A stretch of DNA of 64,000 nt from contig CAISIK010000054.1 of NCBI GenBank assembly GCA_903885375.1, positions 72,789 through 136,788 of the forward strand. Direction: 5' to 3'. The notes below the pieces were generated by a model, which worked only from the letters and a program-made list of their open reading frames with translations, did not search any database and had not been told where the DNA came from. The stretch is from an uncultured Pseudomonadota bacterium (GTDB lineage Bacteria; Myxococcota_A; UBA796; SXON01). Position 1 is the stretch's first letter; each line of letters begins with the position of its first letter. The position numbers were made by a program, and so were the translations under genes. This document shows positions 45,317-54,240 of the stretch, one piece after another.

Positions 45317-45962
45317 CCGTGATCCGCTCGCACTTCAGCTCGAAGTCGACCTTGGCGCGCTCCTCGAACGAGTTGACCACGCCGCCCCGATCACTCACGA
45401 CCGCGCGCACCGTGCAGCTCTTGCCGAGCTCGGCCGCGAACGCGTAGGTGCTGCGCACGTTGATTTCATAGTCGCGGGCGTACGTGAAGACGCCGGCGCC
45501 GGTGGGGCGGATCTTGAGGTCGACCGAGAGGTTGTGGTTGCCGGGCGGCACCGCGCCGTCGTGGATCTTGAATTCCCGGCTCTGGTCGAGGCTGCCCGAG
45601 GGATCAGCCTTGCTGAACTTCGACTGACCGTCGAGCAGGTACTGCACCGACTCGAGCCGGAACGCTCCGGACAATTTGTTTACGTGCCAGATGGTCGCGC
45701 GGGCCCCGGAGGAGCTGCCTTCGATGACGATCTCCTTGAGGAGCTGGAGCGTGGCCTTGCTGCGGAAAACACGCTCTTTCAAGCTGTCGACCTGCTGCTC
45801 CACCGTGAGCAACTCGCGGTTGAACTCCGCCGTGCTCTCGTTCGCGCCCACGAGGGGCTCCTCCTTGGTGGCCTCGTCGGCCGCGAGGGCGGGCGAGGCG
45901 GAACTGGAGACGGCGAGAAGCCCCACGGCAACGAGCATGGAGGACCAACGATACAGGGACAT
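45306..45962 (-). CDS. Secreted beta-rich protein, unknown function (first gene of the array)
   Basis: Track ORF trimmed to Met-49 (signal peptide MSLYRWSSMLVAVGLLAVSSSASPALA). A short coiled coil is followed by beta-strand-like segments. It overlaps the next gene by 11 nt. Confidence 0.6.
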   Translation of the reverse strand: MSLYRWSSMLVAVGLLAVSSSASPALAADEATKEEPLVGANESTAEFNRELLTVEQQVDSLKERVFRSKATLQLLKEIVIEGSSSGARATIWHVNKLSGAFRLESVQYLLDGQSKFSKADPSGSLDQSREFKIHDGAVPPGNHNLSVDLKIRPTGAGVFTYARDYEINVRSTYAFAAELGKSCTVRAVVSDRGGVVNSFEERAKVDFELKCERITDAK

Positions 45963-46002
45963 TCCGGGACTCCCGAGGGACTGCGCCCCACGTAACGCGG
46001 CT

Positions 46003-47547
46003 TCAGTCGCCTTCGCCATCATCGGCGGCGGCGAGGCTGCCCGTGACGCCGCTGAGGACCCGCACGAGCTGGTCGTGGGCCGCGCGGGCACGAGCCGTCG
46101 AGCCATCGAGCTCGTTCACGAAGAAGGTGAAGGCGTAGTCGGTGCCATCGGCCGCGGCGACGTAGCCGGCAAGGCAGAAGACGCCGGAGAGCGAGCCGGT
46201 CTTGGCCCGCACGCGGCCCTCCATGCCATCCTCGCGGAAACGATGCCAGAGGGTGCCATCGCGGCCGCCCACGGCGAGCGTGGCCCGGTACTCGGGGCCG
46301 AGATCGAGGTTCTGGTGCATGTCGAGCAGGACCGCATCGAGCGCGCTGGGAGCCAGGTAGGCCTCGCGAGAGAGCCCGGAGCCGTTCACGATGTGGTAGC
46401 GGTCGGGCGCCACGCCCAGAGAGGCGAGGTAGTCGGCGAGCAGCTTCGCTCCCCCCTCGGTGGTGCCGGGCAACCCGATGCGCTCCGCAGCCACCGCGCG
46501 CAGCACCTGCTCCGCGATGAAGTTGTTGGACTGCTTGTTCATGTCCGTGAGGATCGTGGCGAGCCGCTCGGACTCCACCTTCAGGAGGAGCTTCGAGGTG
46601 GCCGGCGCGGTCCCCGTCACGAACCTGCCCTTGACCTTGATTCCCTGCGCCTTGGCGAGCTCCCGGAACACCGAGATGTAGTTCCCCGTGGGGTCGGCGA
46701 GGGTCCGGTAGATCGGGGAGTGATCGGGCTCGAGGTCGACGGGCACGTTGCCCGTGAGGGTGTAGGTGGCCACCTTCCCGGCCTCGTCGAGCTTGCGCTC
46801 CACCTTGACCCAGTACTTCGAGCGCGCCCGGCCCGTGGTGAGCTGGTTGTCCATCACGAGCACGTCGCTCGGGGTCTCGAAGGAGGCGAGCGCGGCTCCG
46901 CCGACCGACGCCCCCGGGCGCACCACCATGGACGCCACGTTGTAGTTGAGCGAGAGCGCGCCGAGCGCCGAGTAGTACACCTCGCCCCGCTCAAGGTCCT
47001 CCGGCTTGTTCCACCCCGGGATCCAGACGCCTTCGCCGGACATGTAGGTGTCGTCGAAGATGACGTCGCCCTTGATCTCCGACACGCCGCGGGCCTTGAT
47101 GTCCGCGATCATCTTCCACATCCGCTCGACGACCATCGTGGGGTCGCCCTGACCGATGATGTGGAGGTTCCCGGTGAGCACGCCGTCGAGACCGAGCTCG
47201 CCATCGGTCTTCACCCAGGTGGGAAAACGGTAGGCGGGGCCGAGCTCCTTGAGGGCCACCGCGCTGGTCACGAGCTTCATGGTGCTCGCGGGCAGGAGCG
47301 TACGATCGTCACCATAGGCGTACACCCGCTCGCCCGTGGCCGCGTTGACCACCTCGAGCGCGATGGTGGACTTCGCGAACACCGGCATCGTGGGGAGCGT
47401 GGCCAATGCAGCATCGAGCGGCGGCACGGCCACTGCGGCGGCCGGCTCGGTGGCGACCGGCGCGGGTTCAGGGGCGGCCTCCGGACTGCTTGCCCAGGCC
47501 GGCGTGAGGAGGCTGAGGGCGGCAAGCGAGAGCACGAGGTTGCGCAT
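46003..47547 (-). CDS. dacB: D-alanyl-D-alanine carboxypeptidase/endopeptidase (PBP4, peptidase S13)
   Basis: Signal peptide; SxxK (PASTMKLVT); SNN (KQSNNFIAEQ); KTG (AKTGSLSGV). Confidence 0.88.
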   Translation of the reverse strand: MRNLVLSLAALSLLTPAWASSPEAAPEPAPVATEPAAAVAVPPLDAALATLPTMPVFAKSTIALEVVNAATGERVYAYGDDRTLLPASTMKLVTSAVALKELGPAYRFPTWVKTDGELGLDGVLTGNLHIIGQGDPTMVVERMWKMIADIKARGVSEIKGDVIFDDTYMSGEGVWIPGWNKPEDLERGEVYYSALGALSLNYNVASMVVRPGASVGGAALASFETPSDVLVMDNQLTTGRARSKYWVKVERKLDEAGKVATYTLTGNVPVDLEPDHSPIYRTLADPTGNYISVFRELAKAQGIKVKGRFVTGTAPATSKLLLKVESERLATILTDMNKQSNNFIAEQVLRAVAAERIGLPGTTEGGAKLLADYLASLGVAPDRYHIVNGSGLSREAYLAPSALDAVLLDMHQNLDLGPEYRATLAVGGRDGTLWHRFREDGMEGRVRAKTGSLSGVFCLAGYVAAADGTDYAFTFFVNELDGSTARARAAHDQLVRVLSGVTGSLAAADDGEGD

Positions 47548-47745
47548 GGGTCACCCGAGGCTGGGTTCACCGGTACAGACACCGGCGGGGAAGGAGTCGC
47601 TCCCTGCATTCTCACGCACCCGACGGGATGGGGCAAGAGTGCAAGGAAAAAAAGCTAGATACGTCGATTGAATTGCTGCGTGGTCGAGCGGTGTGCATGA
47701 CATGTCAAGCCTTCCCGCCCGCGATCGGCTCGTTAGCTTCTATGG
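47548..47745. promoter_or_regulatory. Divergent dacB / sppA intergenic region with an AT-rich patch and a 10-bp perfect palindrome
   Basis: 198-nt spacer. The AT-rich ggaaaaaaagctagatacgtcgattgaattg (about 47645-47675) is unusual in this GC-rich DNA. TGACATGTCA lies at 47698-47707. No promoter consensus could be assigned confidently. Confidence 0.4.
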
Positions 47746-50153
47746 ATGCTCCTGCTTCTCGCCGCCGTCGCCGGTGCCGCTCCCTTGGAGCGGCCCACGC
47801 TTCCCTTCCACGGCACCGCGGTGGAGGACGGCGCGCACACCCTCTACCTCAATCCGGCGCTGCTCAATTTCGATCGGGACCCGGTCTACGGCGCCTACTA
47901 CCAGTCCGACGAGGTCACGACGGGCGAGGGCAACGGCGTGGCCTTCCTCGCCACCGGCTCGGGCGTTGGCGCGGGCGTGAGCTATCGCGAAGGCTCGGTT
48001 GACTGGTGGACCCTGAGCAGCGGTGCCTCGCTCCGCCTCGCCGACTCACTCGCTTTCGGCAGCGGCATCCACTGGCAACTGCCCGAGGGCGGCGAGAACA
48101 ACTTCGTGAGCTGGGACCTCGGGCTCGCCTGGCGCCCCACCCCCTGGCTGGGGTTCGGCGCGGCCGCGCTGAACCTCGGTTCGCCCGCGCCCGACCTGGG
48201 GGTCTACAGCCGCTACGATGCCGGCGTAGCCTTGCGCCCCGCGGGGGACACGTTCACCCTCGGCCTGGACTATCGCGCCGACACCACGTCGGATGACACC
48301 TTCCGCTCCTCCGTGGAGGCCTCGCTTCGCGTGCGCGCCGCCCGGGGCGTGTGGCTCCGCGCATGGGCCGATCGTGCCCTCGAATCCGAGGCCCCGATCG
48401 GCGTGGGCGGCTCGCTCGAGCTGCACTTTGCCAACCTCGCGGTGGGCGTCGGCGGCGCGGGGGCGACGGGCGAGTCCGGCGCAGCGGGCACGGGCTACGT
48501 GACCAGCCTCCGCGGGAGCGACCAGCTCTTTCTCCCCGGCCGCCAGGTGGCGGAGATCACCATCGACGGTCCCTTCCCCTACCAGCCGCAGGGCAGCATC
48601 TTCGCCGCCGCGCCGGAAGGCTACTTCTCCCTCCTGCGCCGCCTCGAGGCGGCCTCCCGCGATCCCGGCATCCGCGGCATCCTGCTCCGCCTCGATGGCG
48701 TGGAGCTCTCGCTCGCCCAGGTGGAAGAGCTCCGCGACCTCATCAAGAAGGCGCGACGGGAAGGCAAGGCCGTGGCCGCCTGGCTCGGCGGCGCCAACAG
48801 CAACGGCAGCTACCTGCTCGCTACCGCATGCGACAAGGTGTACCTCCACCCGGCCGCCGGCCTCGATCTCGTGGGGATCTCCGCCGAGGTCCAGTATTTC
48901 AAGGGCGCGATGGACCTCGTGGGGGTTGGCGCCCAGTACGCGCAGCGCAGCGAGTACAAGTCGGGTCCGGAGCCCTTCACCCGCACGGGCTCCAGCGAGG
49001 CCGCCTCCGAGGAGATGGAGGCGCTGGTTGACGACCTCTACGACACGCTGGTGACCGGAATCGTGGACGGCCGGGGCCGCTCCCGCGAGGTGGCCGGCCA
49101 GCTCATCGACGGCGGGCCCTACAGCGCGCGCGAGGCCCTCTCCGGCGGCCTGGTCGACGGTCTCTTGTACCCCGATCAGCTCGAGTCCCAGCTCGACTCG
49201 CTCTTCTCCGAGGACTACCACCTCGTCGCCGACTACGCGCGGGAGGTCGACGAGAGCGGTTGGCATCCCCAGCGCGCCGTGGCCGTCGTGGTGGTGGATG
49301 GCGCCATCGCCGAGGGAGCCAGCTCGCCGGGCGGTTTCCTGAGCGGCCCCGCCACCGGGAGCCGCTCGGTCGTGGAAGCGTTGGAGACCGCGGCTGATTC
49401 CCGCTCGATCAAGGCGGTGGTCCTCCGGGTGGACAGCCCTGGCGGCAGCGCGTTTGCCTCGGACGAGATCTGGCGCGCTGTGGAGCGCGTGAAGGAGACG
49501 GGCAAGCCCGTCGTGGTGTCGATGGGCGGCTATGCCGCAAGCGGTGGCTACTACGTGTCGGCCGGCGCCGACGCGATCTGGGCCGAGCCGAGCACGATCA
49601 CCGGGTCGATCGGGGTGTACGGCGGCAAGTACAACGGCGAGGGCCTGTTCGGAAAGCTGGGAATCAACACGGAAATCACGGCCCGCGGCCGGAACGCTTC
49701 CATGTTCTCGCTCTCCCGACCGATGGACGACGTCGAATACGCCGCGCTCGATCGGCTCATCGGCGAGACCTACGACCAGTTCAAGGAGCGCGTCGCCGGC
49801 GGTCGCAACCTCACCCCGGAGCAGGTCGAAACGGCCGCGCGCGGTCGGGTGTGGTCGGGCAAGCGGGCCAAGGACAACGGCCTCGTCGACAACCACGGCG
49901 GCTTCTACGAGGCGCTCGATGATGCCCGGCTCCGCGCCGGGATGGATGCCCGCGCCCCCTACACCCTCGTCCTCATGGACCCGTGGGAGGGCCCCACCAC
50001 CCTCGCGGGCGGCGTGGCCCGGGTCGGAGCCCAGATGAAGGCCGCGCTCGAACCCCAGGTATCGGTGCCGCAGGAGGTGAGCCGCTTCTGGTCGCTCAGC
50101 GCGCTGCGGGACACCCGGGTGTTCGCCATGATGCCCTACGAGCTGAACATCCG

Positions 50154-50157
<4 letters not shown>
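47746..50157 (+). CDS. sppA: Signal peptide peptidase SppA (67K, two S49 domains) with a ~270-aa N-terminal beta-barrel-like extension
   Basis: An in-frame TAG at 47734 fixes the start at 47746. Two ClpP/crotonase-fold S49 domains are present: ...[15 protein letters not shown]... and [16 protein letters not shown]...[18 protein letters not shown], with the catalytic Ser in the second. The N-terminal 270 aa have OMP-like strand periodicity. Confidence 0.85.
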
Positions 50158-51569
<1,412 letters not shown>

Positions 51570-51578
51570 GCGCCGCGC

Positions 51579-51869
51579 TCAGGGGTCGAAGTACAGGGCA
51601 CGGAGCTCGTCGCAGCTGAGCCGATCGAAGTCGTCGGCCGCATCGGTGCAGGCCGCGCTCGCCACGTCGACCTGACGGAGCTCCAGCTTCACGCGCTCCT
51701 CGTCCCACTGGGAACGACAGCGGTCGCCCCATGCAACACGGTTGGAGGCATCGAAGTCCTCCCACGTGGAGCCCCACTCCGCGAGGCAAGGCTCCAACGC
51801 CTGCGCGGTGGTCGCGCAGAGTTGGTAGCAGGCGTCTGCGCTGCAGCCCAGGAATGCAATCAAGAGCAT
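51579..51869 (-). CDS. Small Cys-rich lipoprotein, unknown function
   Basis: Lipobox LIAFLGCS. 96 aa, acidic, with 7 Cys. It lies immediately downstream of tRNA-Phe on the same strand. Confidence 0.5.
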   Translation of the reverse strand: MLLIAFLGCSADACYQLCATTAQALEPCLAEWGSTWEDFDASNRVAWGDRCRSQWDEERVKLELRQVDVASAACTDAADDFDRLSCDELRALYFDP

Positions 51870-51891
51870 CGTAGGCGACCAACGAAGAAGA

Positions 51892-51967
51892 TGGTGGCCG
51901 GGGACGGGATCGAACCGCCGACACGGGGATTTTCAATCCCCTGCTCTACCAACTGAGCTACCCGGCC
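51892..51967 (-). tRNA. tRNA-Phe (anticodon GAA), CCA encoded
   Basis: The reverse complement folds as GGCCGGG-TA-GCTC-AGTTGGTA-GAGC-A-GGGGA-TTGAAAA-TCCCC-GTGTC-GGCGG-TTCGATC-CCGTC-CCCGGCC-A-CCA. It is 76 nt, with GAA at positions 34-36. Confidence 0.93.
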
Positions 51968-52010
51968 AGAAGCGCCTCGCTACTATGCCCTTGGCGCGTC
52001 GGCGTCAAGA

Positions 52011-52280
52011 TCACGCGCCCGGGTCGAGTCGAACAGTCACGGGACCGACGAGCAGCGCCTGACAGGCCAACCGCTGGCCAGGACGGTCGAGGAAGGGTTC
52101 CTCCACCGCTTCGCACGGCGAGAGTTCACCCTCGAGCACGAGAACCCGGCACGTGTTGCAGCCGGCAAAGCCGCCACAGGCGGCCTCGATCGGCACGCCA
52201 CCCGCCTCGGCAATCTCGAGGAGCGTGGCGCCGGCAGCGCCCTCCAGGCAGACCCCGAGGTCCGCGAAGCGGACCTCCAC
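52011..52280 (-). CDS. 2Fe-2S ferredoxin
   Basis: CGGFAGCNTCRV plus a downstream Cys (RLACQ), the plant/vertebrate-type 2Fe-2S ligand pattern. 89 aa. Confidence 0.75.
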   Translation of the reverse strand: MEVRFADLGVCLEGAAGATLLEIAEAGGVPIEAACGGFAGCNTCRVLVLEGELSPCEAVEEPFLDRPGQRLACQALLVGPVTVRLDPGA

Positions 52281-52283
52281 TCG

Positions 52284-52661
52284 CTACACGTCGAAGCTGG
52301 TGCCGCAGCCGCACTTCCGCTTCACGTTCGGGTTCTCGATGTGGAAGCCCGCGCCGATGAGCTCGTCCTTGAAGTCGATCTCCGAGCCGCGGAGGTATTC
52401 CTTGTGCAGCGGGTTCAGGAAGACCTGCACGCCATCGAAGGAGTAGACCTCGTCGTCCGGCTGCGCGGCTTCTTCGAACTCCAGCTGGTAGGAGTAGCCG
52501 GAGCAGCCGCCCCCCTGGAGGCCGAAGCGAAGGCCGAAGCCCTCCATCTCGTTCTCCTTCAACATCCGCTTGATGTGGTGCACGGCGCCTGCCGTGAGCA
52601 TCACGGTGGGGCCATCCGGATTGAGGACCGGGGTAAACTCGAGGGAAGGCTGAGCGTCCAT
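52284..52661 (-). CDS. HesB/IscA-family iron-sulfur cluster insertion protein
   Basis: GGGCSGYSY and the C-terminal CGCGTSF motifs. Confidence 0.88.
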   Translation of the reverse strand: MDAQPSLEFTPVLNPDGPTVMLTAGAVHHIKRMLKENEMEGFGLRFGLQGGGCSGYSYQLEFEEAAQPDDEVYSFDGVQVFLNPLHKEYLRGSEIDFKDELIGAGFHIENPNVKRKCGCGTSFDV

Positions 52662-52741
52662 GCTGACTCCGGAGGCCGGGAGGGGCCATCGCGCACCAGT
52701 GTAATCACCAAAGTGGCCGCGGCGTTGTTAGCCAGCCCACC

Positions 52742-53305
52742 GTGCGCGTGCTCGTGGTCGACAATCTGGACAGTTTCACCCACTCGCTGGTGCAGCTGCT
52801 CTGCATTCTGGGCGCCCGGCCCACCGTCGTGCGCGATGCGCTGCCCGAGGATGCCGACCAGTACGCGATGATCCTCCTCTCCCCCGGGCCCGGGCGTCCC
52901 TCCGACCACCCGGCCACCATGGCGGCGCTCGCCACGCTCCCCGCGCCGATCTTCGGCGTCTGCCTCGGCATGCAGGGCATCGCGGAGCGGTTCGGCGGCG
53001 CGGTGGTCGGCGCCCGCGAGATCGTGCATGGGCGCAGCCGGCGCGTCTACCACGAGGGGGGCTCCTTCCTCGCCGGCCTCCCCTCCCCCTTCCGTGCCAC
53101 CCGCTACCACTCCCTCGCCGTTGCCCAGCTCCCGCCGGAGTTGGAGGTGCTCGCCCGGAGCCGCGACGGCGAAGTCATGGCGCTTCGGCACCGCACGCTG
53201 CCCGTGGGAGGCGTGCAGTTCCATCCCGAGTCGGTGCGCTCGGAGTACGGGAGTGAGCTCCTGGCCAACGCGATCCGCACGTTCGCGCGGACCGGCGCGC
53301 CCTGA
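52742..53305 (+). CDS. Class-I glutamine amidotransferase (anthranilate / aminodeoxychorismate synthase component II)
   Basis: VLVVDNLDSFT, GVCLGMQ (catalytic Cys) and VQFHPES (His-Glu). Confidence 0.85.
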   Translation: MRVLVVDNLDSFTHSLVQLLCILGARPTVVRDALPEDADQYAMILLSPGPGRPSDHPATMAALATLPAPIFGVCLGMQGIAERFGGAVVGAREIVHGRSRRVYHEGGSFLAGLPSPFRATRYHSLAVAQLPPELEVLARSRDGEVMALRHRTLPVGGVQFHPESVRSEYGSELLANAIRTFARTGAP

Positions 53306-53308
53306 CCG

Positions 53309-53773
53309 TTACTTCTTGCGGCGGCCGCCGCGGCCGATCTCGCCGGCGATCCGGTCGAGCAGGCCGTTCACGAACGCGCGCGACTCGGCGCCCCCGAACC
53401 GTTTGGCGAGCTCGATCGACTCGTTGATGGTGACGCTCGTGGGGATGTCCGGGCGCTGCAGGAGCTCCCAGGTGCCGAGGCGGAGGATGTTGCGATCCAC
53501 CACGGGCATGCGGGCCAAACGCCAGTTCTCGCTGGCGGCTTCGATGCGTGCATCGATGGCCTCGCGCTCCTCCATCACCCCGCGGACCAGCTCGGTGGCG
53601 AATTCGGTCTCTTCGGCGCCGACCGGCTCCTCGAGGCCATCGCCGAGCTCATCGAGCTGGCTCGACCACAGACCGGAGAGGGCGACGGGGCCGGTGCTGC
53701 CGCCGATGTCGGTGGCGTAGAGCGCCTGCAGCGCGAATTCACGCGCGCGGCGACGACCAGGGCGGATGATCAC
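53309..53773 (-). CDS. nusB: Transcription antitermination factor NusB
   Basis: Track ORF trimmed to GTG at 53773, which overlaps the ribH stop (GTGA). [25 protein letters not shown] and [12 protein letters not shown] motifs. Confidence 0.88.
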   Translation of the reverse strand: MIIRPGRRRAREFALQALYATDIGGSTGPVALSGLWSSQLDELGDGLEEPVGAEETEFATELVRGVMEEREAIDARIEAASENWRLARMPVVDRNILRLGTWELLQRPDIPTSVTINESIELAKRFGGAESRAFVNGLLDRIAGEIGRGGRRKK

Positions 53774-54237
53774 TCGAGCTTCCGCATGAGGTCGACCATC
53801 TCGATGGCGCTCAGGGCCGCTTCCGCGCCCTTGTTGCCCATCTTGGTGCCCGCGCGCTCGATGGCCTGTTCGATGCTCTCCGTGGTGAGCACGCCGAAGA
53901 TGACGGGCACCCCCGACGCCATGCCGGCGGCGGCGAGCCCCTTGGCGGCCTCGCCCGCCACGTAGTCGAAGTGGGCGGTGCCGCCGCGGATCACGCAGCC
54001 GAGCGCGATGATCGCGTCGTAATCGCCGCTGTCGGCCAGGCGCTTGCACACCACGCCAAGCTCGAAGGCCCCGGGCACGCGCACGATGTCGATGTTGGCA
54101 TCCTCCGCGCCGTGGCGCAGGAGCGTGTCGACCGCACCGGCGACCAGCTTCTCCACGATGAACTCGTTGAAGCGGGCGGCGACGAGCGCGTAGCGCCCTC
54201 CCTTGTCGACCAGCTTTCCTTCCAGAACTCGGGGCAC
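53770..54237 (-). CDS. ribH: 6,7-dimethyl-8-ribityllumazine synthase
   Basis: [37 protein letters not shown] and FGVLTT motifs. Confidence 0.92.
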   Translation of the reverse strand: MPRVLEGKLVDKGGRYALVAARFNEFIVEKLVAGAVDTLLRHGAEDANIDIVRVPGAFELGVVCKRLADSGDYDAIIALGCVIRGGTAHFDYVAGEAAKGLAAAGMASGVPVIFGVLTTESIEQAIERAGTKMGNKGAEAALSAIEMVDLMRKLE

Positions 54238-54240
54238 GGG

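Noticed and set aside
39828-45322. Plus-strand ORFs 39828..40574, 41802..43064 and 42932..45322 (up to 796 aa).
   Set aside because: They are antisense to the TPR and coiled-coil genes, which have signal peptides and translational coupling. The plus-strand products are low-complexity and Arg/Gly/Val-rich.
47600-47660. Possible sigma54 promoter (tggggcaagagtgcaagg) near the NtrC-like regulator locus.
   Set aside because: The GG and GC elements are not at the required GG-N10-GC spacing in any register. The AT-rich site at 36306-36330 (…TTATTTTTGCA) also lacks the -24 GG.
51870-52010. tRNA-Phe as a possible genomic-island integration site.
   Set aside because: There is no integrase, no direct repeat of the tRNA 3' end, no GC shift, and housekeeping genes lie on both sides.
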